In this document: positions 12,444 to 23,516 of the stretch, one piece after another | How positions within the stretch are numbered: the stretch's first letter is position 1 | Layout: each line of letters begins with the position of its first letter | Origin: Diploschistes diacapsis | Taxonomy: Eukaryota | Assembly (NCBI GenBank): GCA_023645945.1 | Contig: JALAIB010000026.1 | Coordinates: 1 to 45,745, forward strand | Reading direction: 5' to 3' | Length of the DNA: 45,745 nucleotides | Position numbers and translations under genes: made by a program | The notes under the pieces: model-generated | The model's input: only the letters and a program-made list of their open reading frames with translations | Told to the model about the DNA's origin: nothing | Databases searched by the model: none

Positions 12444-12925
12444 GAATGAACTCTGTAGGCTTCTGGTGTCTCGGCCAAAGATCAACTTGCTAGAGAAAGA
12501 AGACGATATAGGAAGATTGTATGTCGTGATAAGTTTATTGGGAAAGGCTCATAGAAACTCACCTATTTCACGCAAGAGCGGGGTTACATAAAGCATTCTC
12601 AGGCGCTTTAGCCGAACAGCTTTGCTCAATTGACAAAGAGGTTGAGGAGCGGAAGGCTGATTGACTATTTTGTATACTTCAGGACAAGCCAGCCTAAGAG
12701 ATGTGACCCATCCAGCACATCTAGAAAGTTCAGACGAGAAGCATTTCCCCAATATGACACCTCAAATAGCCCTCTCAGTGATCTGTTGAATTCAAAAACA
12801 GAGAGGTATTTTGTTATGCAGAGATAATGTCCGGTTAGGCACAAATTCTCGGAATTAGAGATATATATACTCATAAAATTTGCTTTCCGAAAGGAAAAGA
12901 AAACTCAGTAAAAATAAAAATAAGA

Positions 12926-13006
12926 TTCCGAGACGGGGAGTCGAACCCCGGTCTCAACGGGTACTGCTTTGAGAGCGTTGTATGCTAGCCGTTACACCAC
13001 CTCGGA
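12926..13006 (-). tRNA. tRNA-Glu (anticodon CTC) with a 9-nt intron
   Basis: Reverse complement TCCGAGG TG GTGTAACGGCTAGCAT A CAACG CT CTC A [AAGCAGTAC] C CGTTG AGAC CGGGG TTCGACT CCCCG TCTCGGA A. Acceptor, anticodon and T stems pair; T5 runs follow downstream (Pol III terminator). Confidence 0.95.
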
Positions 13007-13246
13007 TATCCAGGAATCTACATGTATAGCTTATATTCTTATTCTAAGCGATCCCGAAACAGAGCACTCTTAACCATTATCTCTTTATTTCGAAGCTACT
13101 TACCAGATCCGGATCTGAGATCCAGCAGGTATTAATGAACACTTCTAGCAGCAAGCGTTGCATGTACTGTACCGTTGCTCGGCTGAGAATTTAGTCTTGA
13201 ACTCGCCAGAATGAGTTGAGCGGCCACAATCTCTATTTCCTATGTA

Positions 13247-14324
13247 ATGTCAGCGGGGGGTGAACATCTCAAAGATGAGGCATGTCATACGATTGTCGTT
13301 CTGACCAGCTTTCTGACATCGCAAAGGGCTCGCGGCGGCAAGTCATTGTTGCAGGAGGCATTGCAGGTCTCATATCGCGGTATCTGGTGTGCGCTGTTTT
13401 GTATCGAGCAACAAAGCTGACTACCTCCAGATTTTGCATTGCCCCCTTGGACGTTATTAAGATACGACTTCAGCTCCAGACTCACTGTCTTGATCCGCTG
13501 AAGCATGGTTCCCATGGAGCTTTCCCCATAATCAAGGCCATTTGGCACAATTATGGGGTAACGGTAGATATCAGTTTCCGCCGAACGATTTACTACTTTC
13601 CTCTACTAACACGCGCAAGGGTTTCTGGCGTGGCAATCTTCCTGCTGAGCTTCTCTATGTCACTTATGGTGCCACTCAATTCACCACCTATCGTTCGATC
13701 TCGGCAATACTCAAGCCTACCGCCCTACCACCTGCCGTTACGTCCTTCATTTCGGGCGCTGGCGCTGGCGCAATGGCCACCGCGCTAACCTACCCCCTCG
13801 ATCTGTTGCGGACTCGATTCGCTGCTCAAGGGACTCGTCGGGTCTATGGGAGCGTCCTTGGTAGCTTTGCCCAGATTGCGAGGACCGAAGGTCTTAATGG
13901 CTATTTTCAAGGGTTGGGGACGGGCTTGGGCCAGGTGATCCCTTATATGGGGCTGTTTTTTGCCGTGTACGAGGGACTTCGACCGGAGATGCAGGATCTG
14001 CGACTGCCATTTGGGTCTGGAGATGCCGTAGCCGGTACACTTGCCAGTGTTGTTGCTAAGACAGGCGTGTTCCCTCTGGACCTCTTGCGAAAGAGATTAC
14101 AGGTTCAAGGTCCTGCAAGAGAGATGTTCGCGGAGGGGCAAGTGCCGGAGTACAGCCAAGGCGCCTGGCAGGCTGGCAAAACTGTTGTTGCGAGGGAAGG
14201 GTGGAGAGGCCTCTACAGGGGCCTCTCTTTAAGTCTGTTGAAGGCAGCGCCAGCAAGCGCCGTTACCATGTGGAGTTATGAAGCCGCTGTGCGGATATTG
14301 ATAAAAGAGCGGTGGTTGGTGTAA
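13247..14324 (+). CDS. TPC1: Mitochondrial thiamine pyrophosphate carrier
   Basis: Spliced N-terminus [45 protein letters not shown]. Three carrier signatures ([24 protein letters not shown]) and [12 protein letters not shown]. Introns 13280-13326 (GC-AG), 13380-13430, 13564-13619. Confidence 0.92.
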
Positions 14325-14963
14325 TTGCCGAACCATGTCTAACGGCTCACCAAAATCAAGAACATTATTAGCTAATTACAATGGGCTGTCAAGTATCTAT
14401 CAAAGGCGAGACCTAGTGTCTACCACGCTCCTACTATAGTATATGGTTTGCATCGGGGTGTCAGACGATCAAGGGGATTAATACTGTATGCAGTACGTTA
14501 TACAATACATACGAGGTACTGGGTATGTACTGCCCCACTTGGATGAGGAACAAATGAATGACACAAATACACTCGAATACCAGTATCTACGGTAGGTGGA
14601 AGGTAAACGGCTTAAACTTAAAAAGCAGCTGCCAAACACCTTCAACTTGAAGCTGGAATGTTAATTATACTTCTGCTCTGTTCAGACAGGTAAACGGCGA
14701 CTTTTCACCTTGAACATGAACATCGACAGCTCTCTTTGCTAACCATAAGTCACCCTTCTACTATAAGTTAAACATACGACTTCAACGGCCATTCAGCAGT
14801 CCGATCTCTACTTCAAACCCCGATCGAAACGTTTCTGCTGCCAGCTGTGGCGGTTCTGATTATCTAGGAGCTTGGTATTGTTCACTCATATCGTAAACGC
14901 GCTCAACATCTGGCCAGCGGCTTTCACCTCTCAGAAAAGTCGTCCTATTTGGTGCGACTGAAG

Positions 14964-16733
14964 ATGGTGGACGGAGCTGATGCCAGCTCCCCAACATGGA
15001 AGTTTACGCAGTATGTCGCTTCGGTCAATTGATCCGTCTAGGCGGGTGCTTTCGCTCTGGTGCTTGGGCTTACAAAATGCAGGTGCTTCGGCGACAAGGG
15101 CGATGTTGAAGATATCACTGAAGGTCAGTAATCTACTACTAGTGCTGCTATGCCATGCCATGCTTCATACTGATCGATCTTTTTCATCACAGCCGACATA
15201 ATCTCTACCGTCGAATTTGACCACACAGGGAATTATCTAGCAACTGGTGACAAAGGCGGCCGGGTGGTTCTTTTCGAAAGGAACGAACAGGTATTTGGCC
15301 TTGCTCGCCACTCCACTCAACTACAACGAGGATAGAACAGAGGCTTATGTTGCTAGAAAAAAACCTGCGAGTACAAGTTCCACACGGAGTTTCAGTCACA
15401 CGAGCCAGAATTCGACTACCTCAAGTCTTTGGAGATTGAGGAGAAGATCAACAAGATCAAATGGTGCAGGAGACAGAACGCCTCCCATTATCTGCTCTCA
15501 ACGAATGACAAGACGATCAAGCTCTGGAAAGTCTTTGAGAAATCGCTCAAAGTAGTTGCCGAGAACAATCTTTCGCACGAGCTAACAGCTGGTGGGCTCG
15601 GATCGGGAGCTTCACGAACGAACCCAAATGGGTACTTCAAGGACGCCTCAGTTCTTCGATTACCGCGTCTTACCCACCATGATACGGTCACTGCTGCCGT
15701 CCCTCGCCGCGTCTACGCCAACGCGCATGCTTACCACATCAACAGCATCTCTGTCAATAGCGATGGCGAGACCTTCATTAGCAGCGACGACCTAAGGATC
15801 AACCTGTGGAACCTGAACATTCAGGATCAAAGCTTCAACATCGTCGACATAAAGCCCGCAAACATGGAAGAGCTCACAGAGGTCATTACGGCGGCAGAGT
15901 TCCACCCGCAAAGCTGCAATTGGTTCATGTACGCGAGCTCTAAAGGAACTATTAAGCTAGCCGATATGAGGGAGAGTGCCCTTTGTGATCATCACGCAAA
16001 ACGTAACTAGCCTCCCTTTCTACCTACAGCTTTCGGGCATTGACTTTGGTGGCAGAGTTTGAGCAGGAAGAGGACCCTTCGTCACGATCCTTCTTTTCCG
16101 AGATCATTTCCTCCATCTCCGATGTTCGCTTTTCCCACGACGGCCGGTATATCCTGTCGCGTGATTATTTGACCGTGAAGATCTGGGACGTCAATATGGA
16201 GAGGACGCCGTTGAAGACTATACCGATACATGAGCATCTTCGGCCCCGGTTGTGCGATACGTATGAGAATGACAGCATCTTCGACAAGTTTGAAGTAGTT
16301 TTCTCTGGTGATGCGAAGAATGTCATGACCGGCAGCTACAACAATAATTTCATGATATATCCGTCAGATCCTGAGAAAGAGATGGAAGTTGTGCTGCAGG
16401 CGGACAAGTCGGCTTTCAAAGCGAAGAAGGTTGGTGTACCTACGCCTATCAACTCGTCGAGTCCGACGAATGGGCCTGGTGGCCGCAAAGGTAGCTCGCG
16501 AGCAAACAGCCCGGCATCTGCAGGCGGACAAGGTGGTAGGATGCGTAAGGAGACCGACGCGGATCAGATAGATTTCAACAAGAAGATCCTGCACATGAGC
16601 TGGCACCCTTTCGAAGATAGCATCGCTATCGCAGCGACGAACAATGTAAGTCCGAGTTCACTCGTTCTGCTGTCGCCGAGTTCTTTAGTATTATGGCTAA
16701 CTGTCTCAGCTCTTCGTTTTCTCGGCCTTGTAG
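14964..16733 (+). CDS. CDC55: Protein phosphatase 2A regulatory subunit B/B55 (WD40)
   Basis: [79 protein letters not shown]. Introns 15011-15082, 15124-15192, 15291-15356, 16003-16055, 16646-16709. Confidence 0.96.
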
Positions 16734-17511
16734 AAGAGAAACCTCGGCGACAGTGGAGCCATAGCCTATAGTTATGCTCATCGGCATGCTTAGGTAGATT
16801 CCTGATCGCGGGTTATCCCGACTGGGCGCGGCTCTTACCCAGAAAGTGCTCGCATCTGCACGGCAGTGACGGATGGGACTTCTAAGTCTTCGAAACACCT
16901 GGACAAGAACAGATCCTCGGTACACTGGAGCGTTCAGGCTTGGGATGGCGATGACCTAGCACAGGAGTAAAGGAGGGCATTGACGGGAAGTTTCCAAAGG
17001 TTTGCTAGCGATCCATAGATACTAGATAAAGCTATGAGCATGATCAATTGCACGTTAAGGGCGGTTTCTGAGGTTTGTTTTCAAAGCAATCGGTGATTAA
17101 ACCCGATAATAACGGGGAATACATAGTAAAGACGGGGACCTGCTGTCCGTACGCACAGCAGCACAGCGGCCGTCAATCCCAAGCCCGAGGATTGTTTGGC
17201 TTCAAGATGCACCCCAGAAAACATGAACTCAAGTAGGCCTCTGACTGTACGCTGGTCGATAATAATGTTGTGCAAAATTGCAAAATGGTTCCCTTCGACG
17301 TGTTATCATCCATCCCAGTTTCACTTGACTGGTTACGGTAAAGTGGAAACAAGATTTCCGCCAAAAGATAAAGTAGATTGCAAGCGCGTCGCTTGTGTTT
17401 GACGTTGTTTCCACAAGTCAGTGATTTGAACTCCAACTCCTAGCTGTGCATTTGTACGTTTGAGCTGTTAAGGTACTGCTATATACACTACTTTCCTTGC
17501 TATGGCCTGCC

Positions 17512-18967
17512 ATGTCTGCTACCACATCTGACCTAGCATCTCCGGTTCGGCTCCGACACCGATTCTCCTCGCTGGGAAACGGCGAAGGAGTGGAGGATAT
17601 GTCTAAAGACAGCGATCTGGACGACACTATAGCATATGCAGATCCTAAGCATAGTGAAAACCTCGCGTCTAGCCCACCAGCTGCAGTTGCTTCCAATGGC
17701 ACCGCACTTAACCGTTTCCTACCTGTTCTTCTTAGCTGGGGTTTGACTATTGGCTTGATTTTCGGAGGATGTTGTTCAAATGTACTACACCAAACTCCAG
17801 ACCTTGAATCAGACTAAAACAGTTGACCTAGGTCTTCGCGCTTGAGGCAATAGTCAAGTGAGTGGTGAGGCTACCATGGCTTCTTCACTTGTGCTAATGG
17901 GGATTAATCAGGGAAGAGCCTGAGAGTGGTAAGAAACTGACATGACGATGCTCTATCCCCGATCGCTTATGGCTCCCCAGGCCTTCTGATTACCTTCATG
18001 CAGTTCTTCGTGACTTTCCTCTTCACATTACCGGCACACGTGTCGGTATCGAATCCACCCATCTTCCTGAAGCGCCGAGCTGTACCACTTCTTCGCTGGG
18101 CCCCAGCAATCTTCATGTTCTTCGCTATCAACATGCTCAACAACTTTGCCTTTGGATTTCAGATCTCCGTACCGGTCCATATCATACTTAGGAGCGGAGG
18201 AAGCGTTACCACGATGCTCATAGGCTATTTGTGGGGTAGACGTTACGAGAAAGGCCAAGTGCTAGGCGTAGCAATGCTAACTGCAGGAGTAATAGTAGCC
18301 GCAATGGCAGACGCTCAATCAAAGGTTGGTGCTGCCCTACAGCTGATATCTGACAACAGAACCTGATGGTTTAGTATAGGGCAAGATGGATTCGACTACG
18401 GATTCGTCAGCTGCCTCTTTCCTGATTGGTCTGGCGATTCTTTTCGTCGCCCAGCTTCTGTCGGCCATCATGGGTCTCTATATTCAGCTAACGTACGCCC
18501 GCTTCGGGCCACATTGGAATGAGAACCTTTTCTACTCCCATTTTCTCTCGCTCCCGCTCTTTGCTCCTTTTTCCCCCATGCTAATGGGGCAGTTTAAACA
18601 CTTGATGGATTCATCCCCCATCACTGTCACCTTTGCGAATCCTCTGCAAACCCTCAATCCAATTCCGCAGTCTCAGGAAATGAGGACCTTACAGTTCCGA
18701 ATACCTACGCACATCTTTAATCTGGTGGTCAATTCGCTTACTCAGTACGCCTGTATCTGGGGTGTCAATCTTTTGGGAGCGCGCACGTCCGCACTAGGCG
18801 TGACCATCGTACTGAATATACGCAAGCTTGTCAGTCTTTTCATCAGCATCTGGCTTTTTGGCAACCAACTGCCGATTGGCGTCGCCGCAGGAGCTGCAAT
18901 CGTTTTCGCTGGAGCTGGAGTATATGCTGGGGCAGGGCAAGCGCCCCAAAAGGCTAAAAGAGGCTAG
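17512..18967 (+). CDS. YEA4: UDP-N-acetylglucosamine transporter-like nucleotide-sugar transporter (UAA/SLC35B4 family)
   Basis: IFGGCCSN/VFALE, LITFMQF, ISVPVHIILRSGGS, ENLFYSHFLSLP, LNIRKLVSL. Introns 17782-17831, 17858-17911, 17929-17980, 18325-18379, giving micro-exons of 26 and 17 nt. Confidence 0.9.
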
Positions 18968-19187
18968 AATCCCACGGACACGGCGCAGATTGATGTTTGG
19001 CTTCAAAACTATATGATATTCAATTTAAAAATATCTTCATTCCGTCGCGTCAGTATCTGCATCTTCAAGGACTGGACTAGTTTGTATCCTTCCATAAAAG
19101 GCCCGCAGTTGTATGGAGAAAGCCGAAACCCATCATACCGCTCACATGACCAGTCGAACCTTGGGCAAATGGCGAACAGAAGACTAA

Positions 19188-20151
19188 TCATTGCTTCTTG
19201 TTCTGTGCGTAGAAGAAGTCGGCACCAACGGGGCGCAAGGAATTGTCTTTGGCCCAGTCTATGACACCTGCCCCAATCCCACCATATCCCCGTATGGTCT
19301 CTCAGTTGGGGCTTCTGCGTCGGTTTCAAAGCTCTCTTGTTCGACTTCTGGCTCCAGCAAGACGAAGACGTATCTGTGCTTGCCGGTCTTTGCTGGCGGC
19401 GCCGGTGCCATATATTTGACCAGATCCCTTGCCTTGATGGTGGCTACAATACCCTCTTCGCCAGCGTACTGGATCCGGCTCATGTCCAAGGCATACATCA
19501 CCCCATCTCATCCTTCTGCATCCTCGGTTTCATTAACATGATGCAGCTTTATGCCCGTTGCAATCCCTGCCAGCCGATAAGCTACATCAACTCTGTCACT
19601 TAATCATGTGGTGCGTACAGTGACACATTTGACGCTTTGTAGGGGTTGACTTGATGTCGCGTCAGGGTCACTCAAGGCAAGTGCACATGTCTTGTTTTCC
19701 ACAAGGGGTTGAGTTGGAGAATGGGATATTGAAGCCAGTGAGGTGGCTTGAAACACAGGACGGGAAGAGGTAGATTTCACGGGGATGAAGTTGCCAAGCG
19801 AGACGGTCTTGTGCGAGTCTGGATAGACAATTGAGAGGACAAAAGAGGGCTCGAACGAGCTCGGAAGAACTACAAGACGTTTGGAAGGAGACCTCATGAG
19901 AGAAATCATCAGGGTCTTGTTACCTTCTGGAATGATAGAAGCTTCCTGGAGGCTATCGTGAACATAAGTGTAAGTCAATTCTAGGGTTAGGGGCCGGCAA
20001 TAAACAGCTCACCTCCTGGTGATGCCCTCCGCTCCACCATTCGTGAGCCTCGAGAACTGCCTTTGAAGGTTGGGCCACTGGCGCCGCGGCTATCCCCAGC
20101 GCGTTCAGCAGCGGTAAGATTGCAAAGGGGATAGATATTGGGGATCTTCAT
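19188..20151 (-). pseudogene. Phosphatidylethanolamine-binding protein (PEBP/Tfs1-like) pseudogene with a remnant signal peptide
   Basis: Motifs VSLGN, LSDPDATS, QMCH/WI, YMAPAPPAKTGKHRYVFVLL and LRPVGADFFYAQN lie in different frames. Frameshifts just after the ATG, after DATSS (~19648) and after ERPY (~19291); in-frame TGA at about 19508-19510. Confidence 0.85.
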
Positions 20152-20641
20152 GGTGAGTATTCGAAAGAACAAGACACAAGTTGGTTAGTGCTCACAGTAC
20201 CTACCGTAACATTCAAAGACATCTATAGATCTATGCGCAGTACTGGGTCATCTATTTTCCTTCCGCAAAAAAGACCGGCAGCAGCGCGGGTGGAGGAACG
20301 TCATTTACACGTGACTATAGTCTGCCTCTTCCGCAAGAACATCTTAGCACGAGTAGACGTATATTTGAGAACTCACCTGGAAAACTCCGTATGCGCCGTT
20401 GTACCTCAATTTAAATTGTATACATGCGGAGAGGCAACACTGATATGTAGGTATAGTATATACGCTGCTCTAGGCCGTCAATCCTGTTCAACCGCCCACA
20501 CATGTATTTTGTGGCTATAATGCGCTGAAATTGGAACTAGACTCGCAAACTCTCTCTCGCGGCTAGCCGACTTCCTTACCAGCTACAACGGGATACAGTT
20601 TGCCTCCATCTGGTGGGCAGCTTGCCCCTTTGTTGCAGCAA

Positions 20642-23182
20642 ATGGCCAGCCTTGGGGAGGACCTCCTCACCACGGTCAATAAACTCCAAGACCTAGTATT
20701 CAATACCATCGGCAACGACTCGCTCGATTTACCCCAGATTGTAGGTTTGAGCTATCCTTGAGACCTCAGTGCATCAGAGGAATCGACTAACAGCGCCAGG
20801 TTGTTGTGGGATCGCAATCCTCCGGAAAGTCGTCTGTCTTAGAGAACATCGTCGGCAGAGACTTTCTACCAAGAGGAAGCGGCATCGTGACCAGGCGACC
20901 TCTTGTTCTCCAACTTATCAATATCCCAAGCGAGCGAGACGACCGACCTTCAGATGACAAAGTGCACATTCCACACACGGCAGAGAGTGTTGCTGGCCAA
21001 AGAGAATGGGCGGAATTTCATCATCTCCCCAGTCAGAGGTTATTTGACTTTGCAGAGGTGAAAAGGGAGATTGAAAATGAAACGGCCAGAATCGCGGGAA
21101 ATAACAAGGGGATTAACCGGCAACCTATAAATCTCAAGATCTATTCCCCTCATGTACTCAGCTTGACACTGGTGGATCTTCCCGGATTGACAAAAGTTCC
21201 TATCGGAGACCAACCTTCGGATATCGAGAAGCAGACTAGAACACTCATATCCGAGTATATAGCGAAACCGAACAGCTTAGTTCTCGCTGTCTCGCCCGCT
21301 AATGTGGATATCGTGAACTCCGAAGCTTTGAAGCTTGCTCGGTACGTCGATCCTATGGGTAAGAGGACAATTGGAGTCCTAACGAAGTTGGATCTTATGG
21401 ATCATGGTACCAACGCACTCGACATTCTATCTGGCCGAGTTTATCCCCTTAAACTAGGCTTCATTGGCGTAGTCAATAGGTCGCAGCAGGACATCCAGGG
21501 AAACAAATCTCTGGCCGACGCTCTCCAAGCCGAGGCCGATTTCTTCAGACACCACCCTGCGTATCGAAATATGGCCATCCGATGCGGAACCCAATACCTA
21601 GCTAAGACGCTAAATACCACTCTTATGGCTCACATTCGAGACCGACTGCCGGATATCAAGGCTCGGCTGAACACTCTCATGGGACAGACGCAACAAGAAC
21701 TAGCAAGCTACGGAAATATGCAATTTGATGGCAAAGAGCATCGGGGATCTTTGATATTGCAACTGATGACCCGGTTCGCCTCTTCTTTCATCGCCTCGAT
21801 CGATGGCACCTCCTCTGAAATATCTACGCAGGAATTATGCGGTGGAGCCCGTATTTATTACATTTTTAATTCCGTGTTTGGTAGCTCCCTAGATTTGATC
21901 GACCCTACCGTCAATCTTTCCGTCCTCGACATAAGAACAGCTATCCGCAATTCGACCGGTCCACGCCCGAGTCTGTTTGTCCCGGAGCTTGCCTTTGACC
22001 TGCTTGTCAAGCCACAGATAAAGCTGCTGGATGGTCCGGCTCAGCGGTGTGTCGAGCTTGTTTACGAAGAACTCATCAAAATCTGCCATACTTGTGGATC
22101 CGTCGAACTTTGCCGCTTCCCTCGACTGCAGGCGAAACTGATCGAGGTGGTCTCGGATCTCTTACGCGAACGATTGGGTCCGTGCTCTCAGTATGTTGAG
22201 TCTCTGATCTCTATTCAGAGAGCGTACATCAACACGAATCATCCCAACTTCCTGGGTGCCGCCGCGGCAATGTCTTCTGTTATACAAGACAAGCAGGACA
22301 AGGAAAGGAAAGCAGCTGCAGCCGACGAAAAGCGAAAGCGTGAGCGAAGACGGATAAAGGAACTTGGAGGATCGAACGGAGTGGAAACTCCAGAAGAGGA
22401 TGAAGATCAGGTCGACGATGACGCAAAACCTCAACAAACTCTGCCTCATCGGGCGCACCTGGTGAAACAGGGTCGGAGCATGTCGCCTGCAGTTCTGAAT
22501 GGCATCAACGGCAGACCAGGTTCGCCTCCACGCATCGGTGCGGTGGCTCAGTCTTCCAGGGATTCGTTTCTAAACTACTTTTTTGGGAAAGAGGGTGGCT
22601 TACCGGCCCCGGGCGCCGCCAGCGTCAGCCACATAGATGGTTCAAGGGCAGTGGGAAATCGTCATGTTAGTCAGAACATCGAGCCTACATTCAGTGGAAG
22701 CATACGCCGAGGCGAACACCGTGCGCTGTCGGTCGCAAGCCATCATCGGCATCCGTCGGATAAGGAAGATCAAGACAGCCGGAGTATCTTGGATATTGCT
22801 CAACAAGTTCGTTCATCCTCTCAATTGTAATTTACCCACTTCTCCAGCACTGACGTGGCTCTAGAATTCTCCTATGCTCCAGGCTCCGGGTCTTACCGAA
22901 CGAGAAGCTCTGGAAACCGAACTGATACGCCGACTCATCTCTTCCTATTTCAACATTGTCCGCGAAATGATCGCAGACCAGGTGCCAAAGGCCATTATGC
23001 ATCTATTAGTCAATCATTCGAAAGACGTGGTACAGAACCGACTCGTTAGCGAACTCTACAAGGAAGAGCTTTTCGCCGAGATGCTTTACGAAGATGACGG
23101 GATCAAGGCCGAGCGTGAAAAGTGCGAAAAGCTCCTACGGACATACAAGGAGGCTGCACGGATAGTTGGTGAAGTCCTCTAG
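20642..23182 (+). CDS. DNM1: Dynamin-related GTPase for mitochondrial fission
   Basis: VNKLQDLVFNTIGNDSLDLPQI/VVVGSQSSGKSS, LPRGSGIVTRRPL, DLPG, TKLD, middle domain, B-insert, GED (IRRLISSYFNIVR...DQVPKAIMHLLVN). Introns 20741-20799 and 22807-22864. Confidence 0.96.
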
Positions 23183-23516
23183 CTCACGACCTTTTACACG
23201 GCTGCACCACCCACCGCCTGGCGTCTCCCGGAGTTTGCGAGTTGCTTGTCACGGAACAACATGTACAAACAAGGACAGGCATTTTGCATTGGCCGGCGAT
23301 TCTCGACTCCAATCGGGGAGGACTTGCAGACTTTTTAAACATGTAACAATCGCTCCAACCCTTTCTTTAGGTTGCACGCTAGGAGCAGGCAAATAGCATT
23401 GAGCTCAATCGAGCTGCCGTAGCCGGGACCATCACTGTGGGAATGCTTTCCAGTACAGCGCGTGCGAAATTTAGGCATGTTTGATGTGACCCATGCAGAG
23501 AGATATCAATACAAGC

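Noticed and set aside
1709..13326. The two 47-nt GC-AG introns as copies of an introner element
   Set aside because: Only the donor hexamer and CTGAC branch point are shared; the interiors do not align, and 47 nt is near the common intron length here.
5578..19510. Premature stops rescued by A-to-I editing or readthrough
   Set aside because: The stops are TGA/TAA and co-occur with multiple frameshifts, so recoding cannot restore the ORFs.
19981..19993. TAGGGTTAGGG telomere-like words
   Set aside because: Under two units; on the minus strand it doubles as a CTAAC branch point and TAG acceptor of the PEBP pseudogene.
9563..23182. Apparent mitochondrial/iron themed cluster (GRX4, BBOX-like, TPC1, DNM1)
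   Set aside because: No shared pathway, interleaved with unrelated genes, and no shared regulatory motif seen.
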